From positions 4,062 through 68,061 of the forward strand of contig WRAS01000004.1 of NCBI GenBank assembly GCA_009780065.1: DNA of 64,000 nucleotides, given 5' to 3'. This DNA is from Bacillota bacterium. GTDB taxonomy: Bacteria; Bacillota; Clostridia; Christensenellales; UBA1242. Both the position numbers and the translations under genes were made by a program. Of this stretch, positions 27,269 to 37,267 are shown piece after piece. The notes under the pieces were generated by a model. It made no database searches. It was not told the origin of the DNA and saw only the letters and a program-made list of their open reading frames with translations. Position 1 is the first letter of the stretch. Every line of letters starts with the position of its first letter.

Positions 27269-30139
27269 GTGAAAATTATACAAACGAATACGTTTGCGGA
27301 TGCAATTGATAAAATTATCAGCGAGGCTGTTTCGCGTGCGGATGGGAGTAGACCGATTTTTGTAATTGTGCCCGACCGATTTACGTTGCGATGTGAGCAA
27401 ATGATGTTGGAAGGCACGGCGGTGTTGTTGAATGTGCGGGTGCTGACATTTTCTATGTTGTTTAATTTGGTACGGGATGAACTTGGGTGTGAAAAAACAC
27501 GGATTTTGGATAAAACATCGTCTGTTCTTTTTATGTGGCGTGCAATTCAAAATGTTGCAAAAGATTTGAAATGGTTTGCGCGAAGTTCTGGTCATTATTC
27601 GTTTGCAGAGAAGATGTTTAACGCAAAGAATCAATTGACGTCCAGTATGGTGAATTTTAGCAATCTGGAAAAAAATGCTAAGTCAGAAATTACACAAAAG
27701 AAAATGCGGGATATTGCGTTGATTCATGCTGAATACAAACGTTTAATTGGTGATTTTACGGATTCCAGTGGGATGCTGGGGTTTCTGATTGAAAATTTGA
27801 AACGAAGTTCGGTTATTAAATCGGCGCATGTTTTTATTGCGGGATTTGACCATCTGTCATTGCAACGTATGGCGGTGATGGATGAAATTGTAAGATACGC
27901 GTGCGAATGTACGATTGGAGTGGTGCGAGGAAGCGAATTTGCATATACGATTGATTCGGCACATACTTTTGCAAAACAACCAAAGCAATTAAATATCAAG
28001 ATAATCGAAAATAACAATATAAATGACGAAGCCGGTCGTATTGCGAATATGGTGCGCCAAGTAATTAAAAGCGGGGCAGATTATCGGGATATTGTGGTTG
28101 TACTGTGTGACTATGAAAGTACACGAGAAATTTTTGCTCAGGCATTTAATCAATGCGGAATCCCTGTGAATATGGATGTTGGGATATCTATTGATAAGAG
28201 TGGGGTTGGTAATTTTGTCCAAGATATTTTGAAACTTGGGATACGTGATAATGCAGAGAACTTTGTTACGGTTATAAAGAGTCGATTTGTTGGGATTGAC
28301 AAAGATTTGGAATTTGAACTGGAAGCGTTTTGTCTTAAAACAGGATATGGGTTAAAGGGTGCAAAAGACCGTGCAGATAAAATTTTAGTTGCGTTGGGTG
28401 AATATTTGAAAAAACTAAGATCTGCGAAAAAGGTGGGGAATATTTGCGATGTATTGGGTGAAATCATTGGAAATTTTGTGGCTGAGGTGGAGGGATCGGT
28501 AGAGGAACTTGCCATAAAGAAAATTTTGCAGATTCTGGGAACGGTGAAAGATGTATTGGGCGAAACAAGATTCACCTTGGATGAATTTATGGACATGTTA
28601 AATGCATTGATGGTCGCAACAAAGTTATCTAGTCCGCCTGCATTTGTGAACAGGGTATTGTTGGTGGATGTACGTGAATTTGTGCCGTCTGGTATTCCGT
28701 ATATGTTTGTATGTGGAGCGGGAGAGAAATCTTTCCCCACACCACAAGACGATACGGATATTATCACCGAATTTGATATTAAACACATGAAAGTTAAAAT
28801 AGAACCCAGTCCAAGTAAGCAAAACGCACGCAGTAGGCGGCATGCATGGAATATTGTAGAGTGTTCAATCAAGGGTATGGTTATAAGTTATTCAATTAGT
28901 AATAGTCAAAACGAAATAGTTGCGCGAAGTGAGATTGTAGAAAAGATTCTGGAAAGAAATCCGCAGATATTTATTACAGAGGATTTTGCCAAAGATGTTA
29001 CCAGTGAATGGTATGCAAAACAAAGATTGCTTCGAGACCTTGGAACGGGTGAGGCATTTATGGGGGACGCGAAATTTTACAATTCTTTGAAGTCTGCTGT
29101 TGGGAATACGTCCATTGAAATTCTTGATTTGGGTGCAAATGAAGTAAATATAAAAGATGGGAATGCACTGTTTTTTGGAAAAAGTGTTGCAAAAGTAACA
29201 CAATTGGAGAAATTTTATGCGTGTCCGTATTTGCACTTTTTGGAACAAGGTTTGGGGGTTAGGGTGCGCGAACGGCATAAGGTTGAAGCCAGTGTAATTG
29301 GAAATATCATCCATGCGATTGTCGAGGAATTTTTGCGGTGCAAGATTAAGGGTGTTGAATGTAAAATTGACGATATTGTTTTAAAAATTCTTTCGCATGA
29401 TGATTTTAAGTTCTTTGCAAATGATTCTATTAATAAACCAATTATAGAGGCATTAAAGAAAGAATGTCGTGTGATTGCGAAGCAAATTATCCAAAATATT
29501 GAAAAAGGGGAATATCTTCCAAAATATATTGAAAGGAGAATGGAAACAAAAATTGGGGATGTGAGTCTGATTGGGAAAGCCGACCGTGTGGATGTTGCAA
29601 AAATTAATGGGAAAAAGCATGCATTCATTATTGATTATAAAACCGGCGGGAATGTGAATTTCTCGTTCCGAGATTTGTATATTGGTACGAAATTACAGTT
29701 GCCGCTTTATTTGTCTTTCTTTGGTGGTGCAGGTTATACGCCAGGTGGGGCGGTGTATATGCCATTAAAAGGCGGGTTTTCCAAGGAAACTATGATGCGC
29801 GGAATTGTGAATGCCGATTATAATAATGCGATTGCCTTAGACAGAGACTTGGCAAGCGTGAATTATTCTAGCGGTATTGTTGTGCTTAAAAACAAGCAGG
29901 GTGAAATTGACAAAGGTCAAACAGTTGAGCAAATATATAATATTACCTGTTACGCACGGTATATGGCGGAACGCGCAGTAAACGATATTCAAAGCGGATA
30001 TATAATGCGTTCCAGTTCTTGTAAAAAAACATGCGAGTATTGTTTGGCGCGTTGCACGTGTACGCACAAAGAAGATTTGCGTGCCAAAGAAATTAAATCA
30101 CAAAGTATCACCGCGAAGGTGTTTGAGGTGATTAAATGA
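27269..30139 (+). CDS. addB: Helicase-nuclease AddAB, subunit B
   Basis: IFVIVPDRFTL N-terminal pattern, RecB-type nuclease motif IIDYKTGG, and C-terminal Fe-S cysteines (ACPY...CKKTCEYCLARCTC). Overlaps addA by 4 nt. Confidence 0.85.
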   Translation: MKIIQTNTFADAIDKIISEAVSRADGSRPIFVIVPDRFTLRCEQMMLEGTAVLLNVRVLTFSMLFNLVRDELGCEKTRILDKTSSVLFMWRAIQNVAKDLKWFARSSGHYSFAEKMFNAKNQLTSSMVNFSNLEKNAKSEITQKKMRDIALIHAEYKRLIGDFTDSSGMLGFLIENLKRSSVIKSAHVFIAGFDHLSLQRMAVMDEIVRYACECTIGVVRGSEFAYTIDSAHTFAKQPKQLNIKIIENNNINDEAGRIANMVRQVIKSGADYRDIVVVLCDYESTREIFAQAFNQCGIPVNMDVGISIDKSGVGNFVQDILKLGIRDNAENFVTVIKSRFVGIDKDLEFELEAFCLKTGYGLKGAKDRADKILVALGEYLKKLRSAKKVGNICDVLGEIIGNFVAEVEGSVEELAIKKILQILGTVKDVLGETRFTLDEFMDMLNALMVATKLSSPPAFVNRVLLVDVREFVPSGIPYMFVCGAGEKSFPTPQDDTDIITEFDIKHMKVKIEPSPSKQNARSRRHAWNIVECSIKGMVISYSISNSQNEIVARSEIVEKILERNPQIFITEDFAKDVTSEWYAKQRLLRDLGTGEAFMGDAKFYNSLKSAVGNTSIEILDLGANEVNIKDGNALFFGKSVAKVTQLEKFYACPYLHFLEQGLGVRVRERHKVEASVIGNIIHAIVEEFLRCKIKGVECKIDDIVLKILSHDDFKFFANDSINKPIIEALKKECRVIAKQIIQNIEKGEYLPKYIERRMETKIGDVSLIGKADRVDVAKINGKKHAFIIDYKTGGNVNFSFRDLYIGTKLQLPLYLSFFGGAGYTPGGAVYMPLKGGFSKETMMRGIVNADYNNAIALDRDLASVNYSSGIVVLKNKQGEIDKGQTVEQIYNITCYARYMAERAVNDIQSGYIMRSSSCKKTCEYCLARCTCTHKEDLRAKEIKSQSITAKVFEVIK

Positions 30140-33100
30140 AGAAAATAAATTGGACAAAGAATCAACAAAGTGCGATTGGTGTACGCGGGCAGGACATGTT
30201 GGTGTCGGCCAGTGCGGGTAGTGGCAAAACCACGGTAATGATTGAAAGAATTGCGCAAATGATTGTGGATGGTTCGGTGGGTATGGATGAAGTCTTGGTT
30301 CTAACCTTTACGAATGCCAGCGCCAGTGATATGCGGTTGAAATTAAGGCGAAGGTTGGAAGAATTCGAACGCGAAAACAGTAATCTGCAATCGCAAATAG
30401 ATTTGTTGCCGATGAGTTCTATTGGTACATTCCATAAATTCTGTGGAGATTTAGTACGAACATATTTCAATATAGCGGGTGTGGATCCGGCGTTTGCAAT
30501 TATGGAGGAAAGTGATTCGAGTATCGTTAAGAACGAGATCTTAGACGAATTGATTGCAAAGTACTATGAACGTGCAACATTGGCAATTGATACGTTTTGC
30601 GCCTCGCGTAGAACAACCACGCTAAAGGACATTATTATGGATGTTGCTAAATTTCTGGAGAGTAGAGATGATGTAGATGGATATTTGGATAATATTGCGT
30701 TGAAATCGTATGAGGGGGATTGTGCCCTTGGAATGATTGTGGGTTATTACAAGCAAGCGGGCGAGTATTTCGATAAAAAGTTCAAAAATCATCTGATGAC
30801 TGCGGAACACGAGGGGGTTCAAAAAATTATTCCATTTGTGGAACAATGTGTGGAAATTTCGAAAAAGTTGTGTGGTATTTCGGGATTGAAATGTTTGCAA
30901 GAAGTGGGTGCGATGTCGGATATATTTACGACGTTAAAAGCGGCTAAGGAATTCAGTGATTACGAAATATTCAAGGGACAAAGAACAGATTTGAAAGAAA
31001 TAGTGAAGAAGGTAAGAGATAATTTTTCTGACCTGGATAAACGTGCGAATGAATACGATAAAAAAATAATAGAACAGATAATCTTTTTGGTACGTGAATT
31101 TATTCGGGCGTATGCGGAAGCAAAGTTTAAAAAGGGTGTATTGGATTTTTCTGATTTGGAACGTTTTGCGTTGAAAATTTTGGAAAGTAATGAAATTGTT
31201 AATCAATTGAAAGCTAAGTATAAATATATCTTTGTGGATGAATATCAAGACACAAACCCAGTTCAAGAGGGATTTTTGTCACGCCTTGGTGGACATAAAA
31301 ATATTTTTATGGTGGGCGATATCAAGCAAAGTATTTATGGCTTTCGCGGGTGCGAGTCCACTATTTTTGCGGACAAGATGACGGACTTTGAAAAGAATCT
31401 GAGTGGAAAGGTTGTGGAATTAAACGAGAACTTTCGTTCAAACCCAACTATTTTGGATTTTATAAATCGCGTATTTGGCAAAGTGATGCGATGCGACATT
31501 GCGGGAATAGATTATACGAGAACCAGTCAATTTGCGCTGGGTGAACCATATCCAAGTAATGGTGACGAAAAGAATGTAGAAATAATTGTTTTGGATACAC
31601 AAAAGGATGAAGAAGATAAAAAAGAAAAATTAACTATTACAAAGCCATATGATATTAAACAGCAAAATAACGAGGTTGAGGACGAACTTAGACGAATTGA
31701 AGCGCAAAGCGCAGTAATTGCAAGTCGGATTAGTGAAATTCTGGGCAAACAAATTTGGGATGAACGGGGCAAGAAATTTCGTGAGGTAACGCATGGGGAT
31801 ATTGTGGTGCTTGGGCGGAGTGGAACACATCTTGGAACATTGGCGAAAACTTTGCGATCGGTTGGTATTGATTGTATGGTAGAGCGAAATGAACGTGCGG
31901 TGGAATTATTTGAAATTGCAACCTTAAATAATTTTTTGTTTGCAGTTTCCAATTTTTATAATGATGTACCATTGGTATTAACGATGCAAAGTTTTATTTT
32001 TGGATTTTCCGCGAATGATTTAGCGCAGATAAAAATTCATTCAAATGGGGAGAAGCAAAGTTTTTATAAACAAATTTGCAGGTATATAGAAGGAAATGGC
32101 AATGAATTGTCTTTAAAATTACGTGGTTTTATTGCGGTGCTGGGGCGATATAATGAAGTATCAAAAAGACATACTGTCGCGGAAATTTTGGATATGTTTG
32201 TGGTAGAGTTTCTGGTTTGTGAAAAACTATTACTTGTTGAGGGTGGTAGTGATATGGTTGCCAATGTTAACAAATATCGGAATATATTGCGTGAGGCGAT
32301 GTATGGACGGAATCTGTCAAGATATTTGTATTTGGTGGAAAATGAAATGCTGGATATTGAAATTGGCTCGGACGTGGCAGGTAGTTGTGTCCAGTTGATG
32401 ACTATGCACAAATCAAAGGGTTTGGAATTCCCCATCGTGTTTTTGTTTGATGTGGGGGCACGGTTTTCGAATGCTGATTTGAGAAAGTTCTTGGTTATTA
32501 GTAAAGAGTTTGGCATAACAATTCATTCCAGTGATATCGACGAATATGTGAAACGGAATAGCCTTGCGCGTATGGCGGCGGTAATTTTGGAAAAACGAAT
32601 TCAAGTGGCCGAGGAAATGAGATTGTTGTACGTTGCGATGACACGCGCAAAGAACAAATTGATAATAATTGGGGCAAGTAGCGGGTTGGATACAATTGCG
32701 GATGAGTCCGAGGATTTTCAGATTTTGGGTGCGAATAACTATTTTGATTTTTTGTTTCCGACTATTTTGCGGAATGTGAGGGAATGTGATTTTAAATTTG
32801 ATGTTACTAGAATGAACCAAATCGAGATTGTCAAGACAGATACGACGAGGCGGGTGCTGGCGGGGAAGGCGGACAGTAAGATGGTTGCGGAATTAAAGGA
32901 CAGATTTCATATAGAATCGGCAAGTGGGGTGGATGTTGTATTAAAGAACTCGGTCACCAGTTTAACAAAGAACGAGGAAGAATTCATAGATATTAGACCA
33001 CGAAAATTGTTCACCACAGATCGTGGTGCAGACTATGGAACAAAATTTCATAACATTATGCAAAACGTGGATTTTGGAACTGCCCTGCATGAAGACAAGA

Positions 33101-33414
33101 ATATTCAAAAGTGTGTGACTGTATTGCGTGAATTTCTGCGCGGATATACAATTATGCGCGAGGTTCCGTTTTTACAAAAGATTGAACGGGATGGTGTTGA
33201 AATTCTGGTTCAGGGGGTGATTGACCTGATGGCTGTGTCTGCCGATGACGTAATAATGATTGATTATAAAACGACTAATGCAAGTGAATCACGGTTGGTT
33301 GAACTATACGCGGCGCAACTGGGAATGTATGCGAATGCGATATCAATTGGACATAAAAAGAAAGTAAAAAGTTACATTTACAGCACCGTGCATGGAAAAC
33401 TGATTGGGGTTTAG
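30136..33414 (+). CDS. addA: Helicase-nuclease AddAB, subunit A (UvrD-like helicase plus nuclease)
   Basis: SASAGSGKTTVM Walker A, FVDEYQDTNPVQ, MTMHKSKGLEFP, and C-terminal MIDYKT nuclease motif. Confidence 0.92.
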   Translation: MKKINWTKNQQSAIGVRGQDMLVSASAGSGKTTVMIERIAQMIVDGSVGMDEVLVLTFTNASASDMRLKLRRRLEEFERENSNLQSQIDLLPMSSIGTFHKFCGDLVRTYFNIAGVDPAFAIMEESDSSIVKNEILDELIAKYYERATLAIDTFCASRRTTTLKDIIMDVAKFLESRDDVDGYLDNIALKSYEGDCALGMIVGYYKQAGEYFDKKFKNHLMTAEHEGVQKIIPFVEQCVEISKKLCGISGLKCLQEVGAMSDIFTTLKAAKEFSDYEIFKGQRTDLKEIVKKVRDNFSDLDKRANEYDKKIIEQIIFLVREFIRAYAEAKFKKGVLDFSDLERFALKILESNEIVNQLKAKYKYIFVDEYQDTNPVQEGFLSRLGGHKNIFMVGDIKQSIYGFRGCESTIFADKMTDFEKNLSGKVVELNENFRSNPTILDFINRVFGKVMRCDIAGIDYTRTSQFALGEPYPSNGDEKNVEIIVLDTQKDEEDKKEKLTITKPYDIKQQNNEVEDELRRIEAQSAVIASRISEILGKQIWDERGKKFREVTHGDIVVLGRSGTHLGTLAKTLRSVGIDCMVERNERAVELFEIATLNNFLFAVSNFYNDVPLVLTMQSFIFGFSANDLAQIKIHSNGEKQSFYKQICRYIEGNGNELSLKLRGFIAVLGRYNEVSKRHTVAEILDMFVVEFLVCEKLLLVEGGSDMVANVNKYRNILREAMYGRNLSRYLYLVENEMLDIEIGSDVAGSCVQLMTMHKSKGLEFPIVFLFDVGARFSNADLRKFLVISKEFGITIHSSDIDEYVKRNSLARMAAVILEKRIQVAEEMRLLYVAMTRAKNKLIIIGASSGLDTIADESEDFQILGANNYFDFLFPTILRNVRECDFKFDVTRMNQIEIVKTDTTRRVLAGKADSKMVAELKDRFHIESASGVDVVLKNSVTSLTKNEEEFIDIRPRKLFTTDRGADYGTKFHNIMQNVDFGTALHEDKNIQKCVTVLREFLRGYTIMREVPFLQKIERDGVEILVQGVIDLMAVSADDVIMIDYKTTNASESRLVELYAAQLGMYANAISIGHKKKVKSYIYSTVHGKLIGV

Positions 33415-33437
33415 TTGTGAAAATGATATAATTAATA

Positions 33438-36152
33438 ATGGCACAGAAAAAGATATTGGAAATGAAAGATGGAGATTACCTTGGTTTATTACAGCATGTT
33501 ATAGGAATGAAAACGAAGACTGCGGAAGAAAAAACAAATTATGTTAAAAATTGGCTTGATGAAAATAACTATGTCCCTGATAAAGCCGTTATGAGAGATT
33601 TGGAAATGTTTGATGTCTTTCTGAATGAACAGGGAAAGGATGCAGGTAGCCAACAAACAGGAGGAAGTATGGCGGGAGAAGTAAAAAAGGTAAGAAAATT
33701 TGTGGTGGGTGACCTGCATGGACAACTTGATGAGTTTATAGAACTTGAAAAATATGTTAAACAAATGTGCGATGAAACTGGTCATGATTATGAAATCATC
33801 TGTACAGGCGACATAATGGATAGAGGCGAGAAGAGTTATGAGCTTTATCAATACTTTGAAAGTAATCCAAAGTTGAAACAAATACTGGGAAATCACGATG
33901 TGTTTTATAAAAGTGATGAACATCTTTATTTTACCGAAGGTATTTGTACCAAAGGATTCAAAAATGCATTGCATCCAAGCAATGGTGGAGAAGAAACGCT
34001 GAAAGGAATATTTAGGCATATTGATGTCCAACCCAATAAGGTTAAGATAGAAGGACAAATAAGCAATTCGGCTTTTTACAATGCGACATATGCAATGATG
34101 AATGTTGATGGCAAAGTTTTTTCTTTTGATACGAAAAAAGTAGAAATCAATACCAACAAGTGTGAGAAGAAAATACGAAACCAGATCTCTTTATTTAAGA
34201 GCTTTATAAGTAACGAGAAAATTGATAAGGCATACAAGGACATATTTGGTAAAGTTGTTAACTTTTTACAGAATCTGGATGAGGATAAATTAAAGACTCT
34301 TTTAGCAATGGCAAGAGGTCTTGATGACATGGAAAAATATTTTGATAACTTGCCACATCAAATGGTTTTTGAAGATGAAAAAGTTGTCTTGTCACATTCT
34401 GGCTGGGTTATGACAAACGATGATGGGACAATTAAAAAGGAAGAAGATCTGACGGAAAATGACAAGTTCGAAATTACGTGGGGACAGAAAGATGATGGCC
34501 AGAATAACAGAACAAGGCAAGATGGTTCAAGTCATGGTGGTGGGCAGCATATTGTTGATAGAAAGATTAATGGTTACACAGTTGTATATGGGCACAAGCA
34601 AAGAGGAGTATATGATGGTATTGCCAAAATAGGTGATAATAACGAACTGGAATCAATTGTATTGGATGGTAATGGTGGACATGCTGGTGGTACGATAAGG
34701 TTCGTTGAATTAAACGAAGGTTTGGTAAAAAACGTAGATCAAGATGTGTATGAGTATAACTGTGATGAAAAAAGAGTGGTAATTTATACTCCCGAACTTT
34801 ACGAATTGCTATATACAAATTTACAAAATCAAGTTAACCTTGACAAATTTAATAGAGGCAAAGATTTGTCGGCAGAGGAAATAAATGATGTTTTGCAATA
34901 TCTAAAACAAAGGGAGAAATATTATCCTGGTGGTTATGCAAAAACAGTATCAGCATTTTTGAAACGAGGTTATGCAATCGAGGGTGAATCACAAACTCTT
35001 ACGACCGATGAGGAGGATATTTGGAAAAAGACTGGCAATACCCAAGCACACGAAAAAATAGATAGAAATGTGATTGCACAGTTGTTTATTCAATCTTTTC
35101 CAATGGTTTTTGCGGGAGCCAAGCCGGAGCAAGTGAAAAGATTTACTGATGAAATAATTTCGTCTGATGACAATAAAATCAAGGAATATCAGAAATTTAT
35201 TGATTATGCGGATCAGATTAATTCCCTTGATAATGAAAAGTTTAAGATGATTTGGTCTATAGAAGGTGACGAGTTTATAGATCTATGGAAAATTATTGAT
35301 GCCGGTGTTAGTATCGAAGATGCATTGGATGGTCTAGAGGCTGCGAAAGAACTTGGTTATTCGGATGAGCAGTCTAATCCAAGGCAGAGTTTTGGCGGTG
35401 GTTTCGGTGGTGGAAGGGATACGGAAGAGGGGCGTGTGTACAGTAACGAGGAACTTGGATTTGGGGATGATTTCGAGGCAAATTTTGATGGTAAAGGTGG
35501 AAACGACGACAAGAAAAAGAAACCGTCAAAGCCGGTGAATGAACAGGACAAAGCGGCGTTTATAAAGAAACTGCATGTGTCTGCGTTACGTGACGACATG
35601 TTAGTGGATAAGTTGCATGAATACATGAATGAAAATGCAGACAAATTGGATCAAAAGCAGAAGGGTCAGATAAAATGGGAAATGGATGCCTTTAGTTGGT
35701 TGCGCAATAGAAAAGCGGATATCGAGTTTAAATTGGAAAACCATGCATCATATTCTGTGGAAGATGGTAACAAAGAATTTAATGCTTTGTGTAATAAATT
35801 TAACAAGGAAACCAGACCAAACCTTGAATTCATGAAACCGCGTGAAAATGTCCGAACTCAAGAACAGCAGGTTATTGAAATGGCGGTGCAGGATATAGAA
35901 AAAGACCAAGGCAAAGGTGCTGTGGTGTTAAAATATACAAAGTATTTTGATGGTGAGCAATCTGAAAAAATTGGAGATGCCCAGGCATTTCTTGCATGTG
36001 CGTATACTTGTGTACATGAACCAAAAAATGACGAGGTACGTGTAATGGCAATGGAAGCAATAGATGAAATGGGCAATAAAGTCTGTGATGACAATACAAA
36101 GCGCCCGCAAGAAAAACAAAAGCAAGACGACGAGCAAGAGATGGGGAGTTGA
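33438..36152 (+). CDS. Large (904 aa) PPP-family metallophosphatase fused to an uncharacterised C-terminal half
   Basis: GDLHGQ, GDIMDRGEKS and GNHD, then LSHSGW and YGHKQ motifs with long inserts. The C-terminal ~480 aa have no recognisable motif and include a GGGFGGG / KKKKPSKP low-complexity linker. Confidence 0.7.
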   Translation: MAQKKILEMKDGDYLGLLQHVIGMKTKTAEEKTNYVKNWLDENNYVPDKAVMRDLEMFDVFLNEQGKDAGSQQTGGSMAGEVKKVRKFVVGDLHGQLDEFIELEKYVKQMCDETGHDYEIICTGDIMDRGEKSYELYQYFESNPKLKQILGNHDVFYKSDEHLYFTEGICTKGFKNALHPSNGGEETLKGIFRHIDVQPNKVKIEGQISNSAFYNATYAMMNVDGKVFSFDTKKVEINTNKCEKKIRNQISLFKSFISNEKIDKAYKDIFGKVVNFLQNLDEDKLKTLLAMARGLDDMEKYFDNLPHQMVFEDEKVVLSHSGWVMTNDDGTIKKEEDLTENDKFEITWGQKDDGQNNRTRQDGSSHGGGQHIVDRKINGYTVVYGHKQRGVYDGIAKIGDNNELESIVLDGNGGHAGGTIRFVELNEGLVKNVDQDVYEYNCDEKRVVIYTPELYELLYTNLQNQVNLDKFNRGKDLSAEEINDVLQYLKQREKYYPGGYAKTVSAFLKRGYAIEGESQTLTTDEEDIWKKTGNTQAHEKIDRNVIAQLFIQSFPMVFAGAKPEQVKRFTDEIISSDDNKIKEYQKFIDYADQINSLDNEKFKMIWSIEGDEFIDLWKIIDAGVSIEDALDGLEAAKELGYSDEQSNPRQSFGGGFGGGRDTEEGRVYSNEELGFGDDFEANFDGKGGNDDKKKKPSKPVNEQDKAAFIKKLHVSALRDDMLVDKLHEYMNENADKLDQKQKGQIKWEMDAFSWLRNRKADIEFKLENHASYSVEDGNKEFNALCNKFNKETRPNLEFMKPRENVRTQEQQVIEMAVQDIEKDQGKGAVVLKYTKYFDGEQSEKIGDAQAFLACAYTCVHEPKNDEVRVMAMEAIDEMGNKVCDDNTKRPQEKQKQDDEQEMGS

Positions 36153-36171
36153 GGTTGATTATTTTGTTTGC

Positions 36172-36200
36172 TTGACATGCTTTGTATAACAATCTATTAT
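36172..36200 (+). promoter_or_regulatory. Consensus promoter TTGACA-17-TATTAT, 9 nt upstream of ATG 36210
   Basis: Counted directly. Confidence 0.55.
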
Positions 36201-36209
36201 CAATGTAAG

Positions 36210-36635
36210 ATGAAGGAACAAAAGCCACCACTTTTTTCGAACAAAGTGATTGTGATAATAAAGATACTGACCGCATGTATTCTTTGGTTTGCGGCTTCGT
36301 TATTCTTTTTTATGCATGCACGTGTGTTCTTGGATGATTTTTTAAGTCCGTTGTTTTTTATGCCGATATTTTTCTTTGGCGGGCTGATTCTTGTTTTGAT
36401 TTATATTGGATTCCTTGTGGGGCGGATAGAGGACAAGCGATTGTTTTTGGCAGATAAATATGACATTCCGTATAAGATTATGTTCAGTGCTTTGTTAATA
36501 TTTATGAATATACGAAGTTTGTTTATTGAACCATATTTGAATATTCCAATTACGATAATAGTTCTAAGTTTGGTTAGCGGGGCTGCGACATGGCTTACGC
36601 CACGGTTGGTTGAAAATAATAACGAAGAATTTTAG
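36210..36635 (+). CDS. Small multi-TM membrane protein
   Basis: Start set at MKEQK downstream of the promoter. Four hydrophobic segments. Confidence 0.5.
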   Translation: MKEQKPPLFSNKVIVIIKILTACILWFAASLFFFMHARVFLDDFLSPLFFMPIFFFGGLILVLIYIGFLVGRIEDKRLFLADKYDIPYKIMFSALLIFMNIRSLFIEPYLNIPITIIVLSLVSGAATWLTPRLVENNNEEF

Positions 36636-37267
36636 ATAACAATCTCTTTATAAAGTCCTGTATTCAGCAATTCCCCGTCTTGTTCATTTATTATTGCAAC
36701 CTTGGTTTTGTTGTTACGGCGGATGTCTTTGAAAAATTGTTCCAGATTGGTGCTGGTAAATTTTTTGTTACGGTTGTTGTATTCGATGATTTGTTGTAAC
36801 TTTGCACTGCGCGGGTCGCCTTGTGCGTTGGAAGTTTCAAAAAGTGTGGGAATATCACTTTGGGTATAAATAACGATGCAGGAATTATTTAAACGCGGGT
36901 CGTTAAAAAATGAATAGAGTAGTTCGTCAATATTTTCGCCGTCCAGACCGCTGCCTAAGATTATAACTGTACAGTGCGAAAAAGATATATCACGCCCATT
37001 ATTGTGGCCGATTTTGGTTATGGCTTGTTCAACTGTGGGTGCGGTTGTAGTAACTGGTTTTCGTTCAGGTGCACCCAATGGGTCGAAGGCAAAGATAAAT
37101 ATTTCACAGGTTACCTGATATTCATCCCCGACTTTGTTGATTCCTATTGCGGTGACCAAACCTTTTTCCAGTACGAGCGGTTGCGAAGTTAGTGCAACAG
37201 GTAAAATAGCAATGAGTAGGACGAGGAATAATATAAGGAACTTTTTCTCCCAAACCAGTTTAAACAT
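36632..37267 (-). CDS. Ger(x)C-like germination protein, short form (211 aa)
   Basis: Third gene of the gerA-type operon. The LVTAIGINKVGDEYQVT and HCTVIILGSGL patterns match the GerC N-domain. Confidence 0.6.
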   Translation of the reverse strand: MFKLVWEKKFLILFLVLLIAILPVALTSQPLVLEKGLVTAIGINKVGDEYQVTCEIFIFAFDPLGAPERKPVTTTAPTVEQAITKIGHNNGRDISFSHCTVIILGSGLDGENIDELLYSFFNDPRLNNSCIVIYTQSDIPTLFETSNAQGDPRSAKLQQIIEYNNRNKKFTSTNLEQFFKDIRRNNKTKVAIINEQDGELLNTGLYKEIVI

